Made by a program: the position numbers and the translations under genes | Notes under the pieces: model-generated | Told to the model about the DNA's origin: nothing | Databases searched by the model: none | What the model saw: only the letters and a program-made list of their open reading frames with translations | In this document: piece after piece, positions 14,657 to 27,549 of the stretch | How the letters are laid out: the number at the start of each line of letters is the position of its first letter | How positions within the stretch are numbered: the first letter of the stretch is position 1 | Assembly: GCF_026210795.1 (NCBI RefSeq) | Contig: NC_089430.1 | Span: 2,418,001-2,482,000 of the forward strand | DNA length: 64,000 bases | Reading direction: 5' to 3' | DNA from: Rhizophagus irregularis | Lineage: Eukaryota

Positions 14657-16745
14657 CAGTCAACTCCCTCTATAGTCACTCCCGTTATAGTCACATTCTA
14701 CTATATAGTCACACCAGTTGAATGTTCAAAACACTTTATTATTAAAATCTATCCTATATAGTCACAATCTATCTATAAGTCGGCTATCACACCTATCCTC
14801 AAAAATCTTATATTAAAAAGAACCGTTTATAATCACAGTTATATATAAAGAATATATTAAATAACTTGGCATCTAATAATCGTACAAAGATGTATCATAG
14901 CTTGTTAGAATCGTCTCACTAAGACAAATCGAATGGTGGTAGTTTTATCCTTTTCCTTTCGCTTTAGCGTTTACGGCCAGTACCACCCATTGCCTCTTAT
15001 GGCAGACTAATCTCGGGTCTGTGTCCTATCATCTTCACTGAGCAACCATTATACCGAGTACTTAATTCCTCAGGTAACAGCACCACTTTAGAAGACATCC
15101 CCTATCGGGCCATTTTAGGCTGATCTGAAGCTAGGTACACGCCGCCTACTCATCCTATATCCATTGCATGATACCTGATACTCAATTTATTTTACGACCT
15201 TTAGAGAGCATCTACTTTCATGGAGGACTTTCGACAGGTAACATCAACCATCTAGTACCCTTCCATACCACCATTTTAGGTACTAAGTCTTACTCAAAGC
15301 CACTACAGCCCGCAATTATCTAACACCGATAGGACAGTTACCCCACCCCTGCGCTATACTTTGTAGTGACCACTGGACAGGAAGTAGCAGGCTTCTGTCC
15401 AGGATCACCTCTTATGGTGGGTATCGAACCACCCAGGGGATCACCAACCAGGACCCAAGAAGTGGGGAGAATCGGGCAACCCCATAACCATGCTACCTGT
15501 TCTGCGCACGAACACCTTGGTTGGCCTAAGACCTAACAGAAGGTCTAATTACCACTAAGACATTGCACCCTCAGCTTTACCATCTAGGACGACCATCTAG
15601 CCATTACTGACCCCAAGTGGTATCGTGAAGTGACCACCCGGACAGGAAGTCCCCTCCAGGTATAGTAGTGACCTCAAGAACAGGACTGCGCATATGCCAA
15701 TGGCCTCATAGGGAACGTTAGAAGGACACCATGACTCTTAGTTGAAATGTGCGGCCTAACCGTACACACTAATTCACCATGATGCAGTCCAACTACACTA
15801 ATCCCTGTACCTTCACGCTATTGGTTGTAGCGTCCACAGTAAAATTCTTTTTATTTCCGTGGTCATGGGAATCGAACCTGCGACCTCACCATACTCAGGC
15901 TTAATGAGGGTCTCAGTGACTAACCACCGAGATAGGGTGACCAACCCCTAGTTTTATCCTTTTCCGATCACTGGCTGACGAGTTATTCAACAAAATATTA
16001 AACATCGGCATTATAATATTTCTTGATTTACGTTTACTGTGCCATTTAACATTTTGCTAGATTTCTCAGTACCTAGTGATTGTAAAAAGACGATTTATAG
16101 CTCGTTGGAATCGTCTCATCGAGACGAATCGAATGGTGGTAAGCTCATCTCTCGGTGATCAATATTGACGGAGTTATTACTTAAAAACCATTTAATATTT
16201 TTTAATTTCAGAAATTGATCTAGTGATTGGATTTCGATTTATCTTATACCATTAGATTCGTCTCATCAAGACTAATCGAATGGTAGTAAGATCGTCTTTC
16301 TAGGATCAATATTGGCAGAGTTATTACACAAAAACCATTAATATTTTTTTAATTTCGGAAATTAATCTAGTGATTGGATTTCGACGTATTTTATACCATT
16401 AGAACCGTCTCATCAAGACGAATCGAATGGCAGTAAGATCATCTCTCTACGATTAATATTGGCGTGGTGCTATTGATACAATAAAGTTTTAAGATAATTC
16501 TGGGCTAAAATTACGTTAATTTTCGTCAATTTACATAACAGTAAGTACTTATATATCATCTCTACGATTAATATTGGCGAAGTTACGATACAATAAAGTT
16601 TTAAGTATAATTCTGGCTAAAATTATGTTAATTTTTGGCCGGAATTATGATATACAAATATAAGAAATTTTTTATATAGTCACATCTCTTTATAATCACC
16701 AAATATGGACTGTCCCAAATGTGTGACTATAAAGAGAGTTGACTG
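14657..16745. mobile_element. pogo/mariner-like non-autonomous element, copy 2 (inverted relative to copy 1), interrupted by a SINE
   Basis: Same CAGTCAACTC TIRs with TA TSD; body is the near-identical reverse complement of 11691-12649. Confidence 0.9.
14957..15948 (-). mobile_element. tRNA-derived SINE-like retroelement (~990 bp)
   Basis: Perfect 17-bp TSD TAGTTTTATCCTTTTCC (14940-14956 / 15949-15965); the empty site is visible in copy 1 of the host MITE. The 5' head has A-box-like CGGTGGTTAG and B-box GGTTCGATTCCC. Much more GC-rich than the flanks. Confidence 0.8.
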
Positions 16746-17275
16746 TAATAACATTAAATAAAAATTTTTTAATACTCATTCCCAATTTACTGTATATTAT
16801 ATAGTATTTTGTATAATAAAAATGTAATAAAATTAATATTTTAATTAGAGGTAGACAAATCAGCCCATATGTAAAGATATATGTAAAATAGATTATTTTT
16901 TTACTAGCTACTTCTTTTTCTTATTTATAAGCAACATTATAATCTTCTTTAAGTACTATCTGGTCTTTAAATTGCTCTTGAATCAGCTTGTCCAAACTAC
17001 CTTTAAATTTCTAAAAATTATCCACTATAATTGTTTCTCATTTAGCAGCATTACACTTTCCATCCACTACTTCTCAATAAATTTTATTTTATTTGTTGAA
17101 TTTATATCATCATCATCAGCACTTGAATTTATTTAAATTTCTTCTGATTCATATAATAAGGTTTAATTTGTATTTATTTGAATTTTTTCTTCAAAATTAT
17201 CAATATAAAGTGATGAAAATTGATTTATATTTACTTGAATTATTTTAGAGGTATTTTTTGTGATGTTTTCTTTAC

Positions 17276-17670
17276 CTAATCGCCAAAATTTTGCATGACA
17301 TTTGGTATATGTAGAATAGTTAAACTTCTTAGAAAGTCTGTACCATACTTATAATAATTATTATTGGACTTTAATTTATTTATTTTTAATAGATTAACAG
17401 ATTTTTCATTCATATTAAGCTGATATATTTGAGCGTAAAATTTTCTTTTTTTACTTCTTGTATTTATTGAAACCTTTTCTTTTTTACATTTGCAAGTTTG
17501 ATAATTGCAATCTGTATCACAATGTAAACAAGTTTGACAAAAATAATAAAGACCTATGACATATGCTCTTGTATTTGGAGATTTAATTAACATTTTACAA
17601 AAATTACACATTCATAATACATAATTATTAGGTAATAATCTATTAACTTAAAATTCTTAATAGAGACCAT
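17276..17670 (-). pseudogene. Degenerate Cys-rich (CxxC) ORF remnant, probably TE-associated
   Basis: CNFCK...CQTCLHCDTDCNYQTCKC; frame broken downstream. Confidence 0.3.
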
Positions 17671-17777
17671 TCATGTATATTTTAAAAAAAAATATCACAA
17701 AATATTAAAATTTGTGTAAAATGTAATTTACTTTATTTTTATATATAATAATTATAATAAATAATATTAATATAAAA

Positions 17778-18716
17778 GGGTTGATCACCCTTGGCTCATT
17801 GGTTAGTCCGTAAGTCCCCTCGTGAAGCCTGAGTATGGTGAGGTTGCAGGTTCAATTCTGCTGATCACATAAATTAAAAGAATTTTACTGCAGACACTAC
17901 TACCAATAGTGTGAAGGTACAGGGATTAGTGTAGGCTGGACTACATCATGGTGAATTAGTATGTACCGGTCGGTGGTATATTTCAACAAAAGATCATGGT
18001 GTCCTTCTAGCGTTCCCTATGAGGCCATTGGGAAGCCTATTGTCCTGTCTGGATGGTCACTACTTGCATACCATCTGGATGAGCTCTTGTCTTGGTAGGG
18101 TGTGGTAAACTTTACTGTGAGGGTTTACTATGCTAGATGGTCCTCATAGATGGTAAAGTCTCAAGTGCAATGTCTTAGCAGTAATTTACCTTCTAATAGA
18201 TTTAGGCTGATTGAAGACGTTCGTAGGCTTACAGGTTCGATTTCTCAGTGAATTTGACGTACTAGTGGGTGATTCCTGGGTAATTGGGTTGGTTACTTAT
18301 AATAAAGGGGTGATCCCAGTATCCTTAGCAGCTTACAGTCCTGGTAGTCACTGCTATACTACCAGGGGATTTACAACTATGGTGGGCTGGTATGGTAATC
18401 GTGGCCTGTAGTGGGCTTTGAGTGAGACCATATTAGTAGTCTTAGTATTGCAGTACCTCTAAGCTAACCATCATGGAAGGACTTCTAGATGTCTGCTCCG
18501 TTATACTATCTGCCGTACATGGGTGGTTGCTCACTTCTGACAGGCGCTAGTGGGTAGCATAACTGTATCAGAAACCCTGCTACACTACAATCCATCTGTG
18601 TGTGGGTATAAACTTGGGTCGTCTTCCCAGTGTGGTATATAGGGGGTAGCTTGCCCTCCATGTAACTCTGGTGAGCCGGCTATGCTGATGTCTCCTAAAA
18701 TATATAAAAAAAAAAA
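17778..18716 (+). mobile_element. tRNA-derived SINE-like retroelement, related subfamily with poly(A) tail
   Basis: Head GGGTTGATCACCCTTGGCTCATTGGTTAG...GGTTCAATTC; ~700 bp homologous to 14957-15948; poly(A) at ~18706-18718; degenerate TSD AATA(T/C)TAATATA(A/G)AA. Confidence 0.75.
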
Positions 18717-19624
18717 AATACTAATATAGAAAAAGTCTAAATTTTATATATAAAATATGCTGAAATTTTATGTTGATATAATTTTATGGAAAATTTTAAT
18801 GCTTACCCTAGGTGAAAATTACCTGATCATATGATTTTGATTTATGATTTCAATTTTAAATTTTTTTATATGAAAAATCTTAAAATTTAAAAGTATAACA
18901 TATAGAATTTTTTTCTTTTTCTAATGAATATTTTATTATATAAATTATTAAGTAAAAAATGATTAACTTTCATTAAAAGAAACAATGTAAAAAAAAAACA
19001 CTTATATTTTTTCCACCCACTATGAAACAGCTAGTCTTTATATAGTTTTTTTTAAACCTCTTAAAAAAATGCATTACACTGTTATATGTTTTTGTATTTA
19101 TTCTATTTAAGTAATTTGTAATGCGATTAACTTATAAATTAGTAACGAATATATATACATTATTTTCTTAATATTAAATCATTTAAAAATACCTTAATAA
19201 ATTTGTATATATCCATATACTATATTTTGTATTAATATTTTCACATCTACCTTCTACTGATTGGACATTTTTTTTGATAATGTTCAGATTGACCACATAA
19301 AAGAAAGATATTTTCGCTGTATTTTTGTAGTTTGATTATTATTTGTTTCTATAACACTGGTCAAAAACCAGGCAAACATGGCATAGTAGCCTTTATCTTT
19401 ATTAAATTTATTCGAACTTTACAATTTACAAAAATAAAAAGAAAAATATAAAAATAAAACTAACTAAAAACAAAGCTATATAGTCTCCTAAGAAAAAATA
19501 AAGTAAAAAATTAATCTAAAAAAGAAAAATCGCATTACACTAAATTTCCCCAGATCTTCCCCCTTGATATATTCCAATCAAAGTAGAAGCAACTATGCTA
19601 ACAAAATAACGAATAGCGCGCCCA

Positions 19625-22600
19625 CTATAAAAATCGACACTCCATCCTGCAAAAGCTGTTATTAAGTAGCACCGTTAGACGATCCATAAAACCCGAAAAG
19701 TGATTAAACCAAGGCAAACCATATTTCATCGAGTTCTTCAACCAATCGGTTCCGGAGTCACATGAATCGTGTAGGGTTAGAGGTGGTAAAGATGAGTAGG
19801 GTATGTACGTTGACAAAGGCAAATTAGAAGGCATCGGAGTAGTTTTCATCTTGTAGGTAATATTTATCGCATTTTCCCATCTACTTTTATCATAAGAACG
19901 CGGATTCCAAATTCGTCGTCTGAATTTTTGAACAAAATTATTGTGAATAGCAGCGATAACCTTAATCGCAGAGTTCCTTGGGATGGATAAATCGACAAAT
20001 AAGTCAATAAAGAGTTTAGGCAAACAACTACGGACAAGGGCATAGGAGGACCAATTAGTAGAAGAAAAGGACCAGCATGAAAAAGAGGTAAGTTTAGCGA
20101 TAAGTGGAGTAGGGTCAATGTCAGCCATGTTTCTAGCTTCCAGAAGTTTAGAAAGCAAATGATTTTGATAAGATTGAAGGATCTGTTGCATAGGTAGACG
20201 ACGATTTTTGCACATAAAAAGGTGCATCAGGTCTTCCATGCGGTCGATACAAGAATGGCAAGTTAATTCATCCATGTATAAATCTGGTCGAGTCCGTTTA
20301 AGCTTTTCCAATGTAGGCAAATCATCCAAGAAAAGTTTGAATTTGAAGGTTAAGTGTCTTGATGCGTGGTCAGGAGTAAAGGATGCATCATGAGAGGGCA
20401 TGAAATTTAAAGTAAACCAAGTAAGTTCCCAATCAACAATATAATCTATATTAAATGACAATAAAGAAATAAAGTGAAATCGCGTTAAATTTAACAAATC
20501 ACGCATTAACAGCATTTGATAATATTGTTTGAGAAGGTGCCGTGGATTGGATTCACAGACAACATCATTGTCATAGATTAAGACAAAATCATGGGCAGAG
20601 GCCAGGTCCATTCCAGAAATTAAAATACTGGATGACGCAGTATGAGCAGTATTGGCCAAGGAGTCAGCAAAGTCGTTTAGATAGTTGCCAGAGTGAGCTT
20701 TAACTTTGACAGGAGAAACGGTCAAATTATTGGAGAGAATGGTTCGCTCGATAATAGCCTAAAGCTCAAAATTTGTAGTTTTATAGTACAAACGACCATT
20801 TGAATAGACAAAGGAAGAGCAATTTCGAAGGCCATCAATGGCAGTTTGCGAGTCAGTATAAATAGTAACTTCTGAGTCGCGAGGAGAGATAGTTAAAACT
20901 GCGTAAATAGCAGCAGCTTCAGCTCGAGAAGAAGAAGGATTATCTCGTATAAGGCCGTGAGCATAAGTGGTGACAGAGTTAGGAAAGCCTGCATCTGGGA
21001 CAATTTGCATCCAAGACCAGCCCATAGAAACATCAGGAGTGCCTAAATTAATAAGAGACCCATCAGTGAAAAAGATATAACGCGAATCCGAGGAAACGAC
21101 CAGCGGGGAATTTGCAAAAACAGCAGCAGCCGAGGATTCAATAGTAACAGGAGTAACGGAAGTTACAGTGGTTTCAGCAGAAGGAGAATCAGAATCAAAA
21201 TCCAATCTACTATAATAAAGATGGACACCATCTTCAATATCAGCCCAAGTGAAAGGGGAAGTCACTTCAGAAGTAGTACGTCTAATCCACTCATTGGTAG
21301 TGGGTAAAATAAGCGAATATTGTAGAGAGACCTTAAGCGTACAAAGGGTTAAATCAGCATTCCGTTTTTTGGAAGGAGGCAAAGGAGTATGAGCAGCGCA
21401 ACCAGGGCAAGGAGAAAGTCTAATGAGATCACCAGGCGAAGATTCGCAATCAAAAGAAATCCAGTGAACAATAGAACAAGTACCACGACTTGCTTGGACC
21501 AAGAGTTGTTTGCCAAAGATGGGAGAACCATAATCGTCCAACGTGACAATCCAATTTTTTGTAGTAGGAGGAGAGGATAAACAGGGAGCCAATTCATAAG
21601 ATGAAGAGACAATCATGGGTGTAATATTGAAATGATCCAGCAAACGATTGTTGGAGTCAGAAATAGTGGTAACTTGTTGAATATCTTTGTACCAATAAGG
21701 GATACGGCCAGGGCCACGTCGTCCAACCAAATTGTCATAATAAGCCTTCCAAGAAATTAAATGAGTTCCTTGAGGAGTAACAAGCTGAGATAAATAAAAC
21801 AGTTGTCGTTTCCGCAAAATGGGGAAATAAGCTTTAAAGGCTTTAGGCGTCATGCATTCGAATAAAGGAACACATCCATCTAACAGAGATAAATTCGGAA
21901 GCTTCGAAAGTTGAGTATGAAGCAAACGAAAGGGAGTAGAAGTTAAGAGAGCAATAGTGCACGCGATATAATCTTTTTTAAAAGAAAATAAAGAAGACCA
22001 TATAGACCAGTCCTTAATTAATAAAGGAGAAATAGGAATCAAAAAATTATATTGAATTAAACACAATCTGTAAATAAAAAGAGATTGAATAAAAGAAGAA
22101 GAAGAATTAGCCATTAAAAATAAATTAGTAATATGACATTGTCGTTGATGAGCAAACAAATTAATCAAGCCCAAGGCTTGAGATAAAAATAAAATAGGAT
22201 TGGGTAAAGAACGAGAAAAATTTGCTTTATGCTTTACAACAGATCGTATACTTCTCGTTATTAGGTGGCAGTCAGATTCGGACAAATGGGTAACTTGCAT
22301 CCGGTATTCAAGTTTTGGTATAAGAACAGCATTATGTAAATACACGACTTGTTTGGAAGAGAGCTTTGCGGGTCAGATGGTTGCAGCAAAGGAGCAGCAT
22401 TCGCGTTTGAGTTGCTTTTTGACAAAATCACGGGAGCTCTTAATGTTAAACCAAACACCTAAAAAACGAAAAGAAGTTGTCATGGAAATTGGGGTAATAG
22501 TAATGGAAGGAACACTATTTAAAGGGGATAAATCCAAATTAAAAGTAATAGGGGGTAAAGTGGAATTCGAAGTCAAAAGCAACGAATTAGTGATTAACAC

Positions 22601-25252
22601 ATATTTGTTATGATTAGCAGAAGTGTTATTGATCTGATAAAATTCTTCTGTAATGGATAACATAGATTCCATGCCAGTTTTTGACGAGGAAATAAGAGTG
22701 GAGTCATCCATAAATACTAAATTATTAATCTTCAAATCAGGAAGAGGATTTGGAGAGTCAATTAAGGAGGGTATAGAAAGAACATAAGGGTCCATCATTT
22801 CATTCTTCAAAACAGTGAGTAAGGGATCAATATAAATAACCCATAAAAGAGGAGAGATAACTTCGCCTTGATCAATACCAATGCGAACCCTATAAGCAGG
22901 CGTAGATCCATGAGCAGTGAAAACGCGATTAGTGCGTTTCATGAAAAGTGAAAGGATAAACTTAACAGCAGAGGCTGGAAGACGTATACGTTCTAAAGCG
23001 AAACGTAACATTGTTAGATCAACTGAGTCAAAAGCTTTAGAGATATCTTGAGAAAGAATCCAAAGTGGGTTTTTGTTGACATCAGCGTCATGGATAATAG
23101 ATTCTAAAGTAATAATAGGGTCACGGCAAGAACCACCAGGAAGGCCAGCGAAGTTACCCCCTTTAAGGACATCATGTGAGGCCATAATAGTAGAAAGGCG
23201 ATTATAAAAGAGTTTGACAAGAGATTTTCTAATCACTTCAAGTAGGGTGATAGGGCGAGTGTTTTTTAATTGACACTTCCATTCGTGAGGTTTGGGGATG
23301 GGGAAAACCATTGCTTGTCACCATAAGTCAGGAATATCCGCTTTGGAAAGGCATGCTTGAATTAAAATAAGGAGTAAAGCCGAGGTACGAGATCCGAGAT
23401 GTTTGAGCATTTCATAGGTAATCATGGAAGGACCGGAAGCTTTACCGTTAGGAGTGGAAGAAACGGTGGATAACCATTCATCAAGGGTAGGGGGATTCAT
23501 TAAAGAATCATAGATGGAGGAGGACACATCATCCATAGGTTGATAGGCAGAAGACCATCTATCAGGTAATGTATCAATAGATACAGGAGGAGTGGACTTC
23601 ATAGGTACAAAATTTTGGAAATGGTTAACAACAGCATCATCTATGTCCTTAGGATCAGTTAACAACTGAGGTTGAGTAGGATGGTCGATGAAGACACGGT
23701 CCAAAGTGATACGGCGACGAGTGCGAGAAAGCGCTGAATCGATAAAGGAAGAAAGGTTCATTTCAAAATTATTATTCCTATCGTCCAAGTGAGCACGGAT
23801 GGAGGAGTCTTGGAAATCTTTTTCTTGAAGTAAATGAAATCCCCGTAAGGATTTTGAAATATTGGATAAATCATCAAGAAGTGACTTGAAATTGTCTTGT
23901 CGACATGATGAAAGAGAAAAGGGCAGAGTAGGAATGAAAGTAAAGACTTTCTTGTATAATTGAAGAATGTTTTGAAGTCTATGTAAATGTATAGACCACT
24001 TATGTTTATGAACAGCAGAATAAGATAAAGGATATTTGCGCAATAAACGTATCGAATGCATTAGGCGATTTAAAAACCGATAGTGTTGAGTTAAAATTTC
24101 CAGATCTTTAGGGACCTTAGGAGTATAATTGTTGCCAACAATAGAAGAAGGTAAAATAGCGCTGGCAGCTTTGAGGATACGTGATTGAAGATATTCGCAC
24201 ATTTGATTGATAGGCCAGGAGGAAAAGGTTGAAGGTAAGACGTCACATAAAACATCAACTTTATCAGTGAATTCCGTCCATTGGATATCAGTTACAGAAT
24301 CAAATTTGAAGACGCGGCGGGTCTGGCGTTTAAGTTGTCAAGCACGAGCCAATTTGGTAGAGGCATAAAGTAAAGACATATCGTAGTATGTGATGACAGG
24401 GTTATGATCAGATGTGCAAATGTCTTGAGCATCAAAAATGCAAGCAGTAAGAGCAAATCCTTTGAGAAGAGGGCAGGACCATACATAATCGACACGAGTA
24501 ATGTGGTCATTGCGATGAAAGGTACCTAAAGAGTCGGAAAGATTAATAGGTGTAAAATCTTCATAGCCGTGAGAAAGGAGATGAAAAAGTAATCGGTATA
24601 TATGTTTTGAAGCAATTTGGGGTTGATTAAAATAAATAGGATAATATTTATCTAAATGCATATTAAAATCGCCACAAACAGCGTGATAAAAACCAGCTTG
24701 TTTAGTAAGGGTAAGTTGTTGAATGAGCAAATCAATAGTGTCAGAGCGCAAAACACTTTCAGCAGGGGGAGGGATATAAATAACAAATATACGCAATTTA
24801 ACATTGCCTTTAAAATATAAGTCAACAGAAAGCAATCGTGAAGAATGGGATTTAAAATCTTGTACATGTGAAGCAAGAGAATTTTCTATGAAAAGGGAAA
24901 CACCACCAGAAGAAAGAATTTGTTTAGAAGTATCCAAATTCGAAGAAAACACAGTATAATTAGAAAGACGTTTGGATAAAAACTTCATTTGTTTAGGGTG
25001 GAGATGAGTATCAACGATACCACCAAAGGAAATATGTTTTAAGGAAAAGAAAGAGGAAATTTCTTCTAATTTGGTCTGACCATGCATTTTAAGGCCATTA
25101 ACATTAAAGGAGGAAATATTAAATGAGTTGGGGATATGAGAAATGTTACTAGAAGAAGAAAATAAAGATTTATGTGAAAAAATTTCAGTAACATTATCGG
25201 GGTTGGGAGGGTTTCGTACAAAGGTATCATAATTAAAATTATTGTCTGACAT
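19625..25252 (-). pseudogene. LINE ORF2: AP endonuclease, reverse transcriptase, RNase H and C-terminal zinc finger; one frame with four in-frame stops
   Basis: APE: SFNVNGL, GDFNMH, RVDYVW, SDHNPV. RT: DISKAFDSV, GIDQGEVISPLLW, FMDD, FRFLGVW. RNase H: FTDGS, AEAAAI, YTDSQ, VKAHSG.N..ADSLA. Zinc finger: TCHSC...EDLMHLFMC. The five ORF-track pieces share one frame. Confidence 0.95.
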
Positions 25253-25299
25253 TAAAACACAATGATAAAAACAGTCGGGAAAATAAAATTTTAAGAAGA

Positions 25300-27423
25300 G
25301 ATTTAAACAGAAGAAGCTGAATCAGCTTGTTCCAGGGGAGCACCACCAATGGAGCTAATGAATTGTTTGATATGACCAGTGAGTTGGTCCAATTTACTTT
25401 CAATAACGACTCTACTATTTTTGAGATCGTTAATTTCTTCTTGCGTGGAGGAGAGAGGGTAAAAGGAGGAGCATTTGGAAAAAGGTGAGAAGGAGGGAGC
25501 GACGTGTTAGGAACAATAGTGATTGTAGGCGAAGGACGCGTTAAAATACTATTGGGGGGCAAAGAAGATTTAGCGGAAGACTGAATATTAAGCGGAACAT
25601 GAGTAACAGGGGCATCTTCTTGCATGAGATCCGGTTCAGGCTCATTAGGCGAAGGAAGTGGATCGAGGCCAAGGTGTGATTCAATACGAGACATCCGTTG
25701 GTTAGCAAGTTCAAGAGCGGAGATGCGTTTGTGAAAGTTGGCTACTTCACATTGTAATTCACGCAAAAGGTTTAGAATGTTATTAGCATCATCAGGAGAT
25801 AATGCAGAGTTAGGAGTTTGTCGGGGCGAGGGACGTGCTGTAGAACGAGAGGAGGAAGAAAAGGAGACCGATCATTCTTTGCTATTATGGCGGGCACGTT
25901 GGGAGATATTGGGAGCGGGTTTGTTATGATTTTTATCATTATTAGTGCGGTCGTGGGGAATGTTGTTATCACGTCCAGGATTGGAAGCAGATCGATCTTT
26001 AGATTTGGAGCGAGATCGGGAGCGAGAACATGTATTAGCTCTTTGAATTGGAGCGGCGAGGTTGATTGACATTAAAATGCTCTTTGAGTTTTGCAACAGG
26101 GTCGCGAGTGCGACTTCTGCCTCTAGCTTGTTTAAGTGGGCAGAAATTCGGGGCGCAACCTAATTTGCCACATCTGTGACAAAGTTTATTAGTATTATCT
26201 GGGGAGGACCAGAAAAGTACATGGCTTTGGAAGCTAATAGTTTGTTCCATAGCAGCATCCATGGTTTCTTGGGAGTTGAAGGTGACATAAGCCCATCTTT
26301 TGGGTTTGTAAGAATTCAGAGAAAGTGGCACATTAACAGCTTTGGCGCCAAAATTATGAGTAAGAGGAGCCAAGTTGATATCCTTAACATTAGGGGGAAG
26401 ATGAGTGAGAGTGGCGACGTATTGACGGTGTGCAGCCTTTTGATCTACAGTATAGAAACATGGAGTGATTCTGAGGCAGGTGGAGAAACAGTATACAGCC
26501 CATTGATCGGTAAAATGAGCAATTGAATCGGCGTGATCATATACAATACGGGCTTGCTGGACTTTGGCATTGGGCCTGGAGAAGAGGCGGCAAGAGGTGA
26601 TATTACCAAATTTTTTAAAATAAGCCATCAGGTTGTCCTTTTTAATGAAAAAAGGAATATCGGTAATTTGGATGGCCTGGAGATCTTCATTGGATCGGAG
26701 TTGGCGAGGGTCATGTGCATGAAAGATTAAGTCAGGGAACTCAGAATGAGTGGAACCAACGCACAAATCACGTGCTTCAGCGGTATGGAAGTGGATAACG
26801 AGGTGTTTGGCTTCACCAGAACCAGCTATACGCGCTTTTCCAGTAAACGACTCGTAAGTTTCTAAAAAAAGGTTATTAACAGCCTCAATAAGGGCTTTAT
26901 TGGTAGGGAATTTCTTAAAAGATTCAGGGGCAGCATTCGGCTCAGCTGCAGCCTGAAAATCATCTCTAGTTATGGCGAGGGTCACCACCGGATCTGGAGT
27001 TAGATCGCCATCTGGAGCACCATTGGTATCCAAATTGGGTGACGCGTTAGGGGGTTGATGCAAGTCTTTGTTTGAAGGTGCAGGCATGGACGCGTCCACA
27101 TTTCCAGAAGACGCGATGTGACTGGGCGCAGTTGGCGCAGCAGATTTGTTCAGGGAGGAGGTCAAAGTATTTTCGCCAGAGATATTTTATTGAGGAGAAG
27201 AGGAAGGTCTATCTACTCCAACGTCAGCCATCTGGTCATCGGCAACGTAGTCTTCTTCCATAGAATTTTTGGTAATCGTACGATTACGTTTCTGCTGGAC
27301 AGTGTTTTCACCATCGGAGCTTGAGTTATCAGAGTTATTATTAATTTTTCGTTCTTGACGGGAAGCTTTCCTACTGTTAGAGTTATGACTTCCACGGCCT
27401 CTCTTGGCATAGTTACCAGACAT
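25300..27423 (-). pseudogene. LINE ORF1 (gag-like; RRM-like domains, zinc knuckle, RS-rich region), disrupted
   Basis: YFKKFGNITSCRL, RWAYVTFNSQE, CHRCGKLGCAPNFC, RSRSRSKS; contains stops and frameshifts. Confidence 0.8.
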
Positions 27424-27549
27424 AGTAGAGGGCTTTGAGTTGGGAATATATAAAATATAAAATTTTATTAGTAGCTTGTATTATTTTTTAAAAATAATAA
27501 AAAATTATTATCGTCGGAAATTTTCGTTTTGAAAAATTCAGGAGAGAGT

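Larger units (their letters stand above)
13807..16907. mobile_element. Degenerate CACTA/CACTG-like non-autonomous element hosting the 14657-16745 element
   Basis: Left ACTGGTAAAAAAAATGATCTATTCTACATATAATCTTACATAT resembles the reverse complement of 16862-16907 (CTAGTAAAAAAAATAATCTATTTTACATATATCTTTACATAT). No clear TSD. Confidence 0.5.
19356..27549 (-). mobile_element. Full-length non-LTR retrotransposon (LINE) with ORF1 and APE-RT-RNaseH ORF2
   Basis: 5' end AACTCTCTCCTGAATTTTTC at ~27550; T-rich 3' UTR ending GCCTGGTTTTTGACCAGT; coding domains listed in the next two features. Confidence 0.95.

Noticed and set aside
15865..15948. Functional tRNA gene
   Set aside because: I could not build a canonical acceptor stem or cloverleaf; it is the head of a TSD-flanked repeat.
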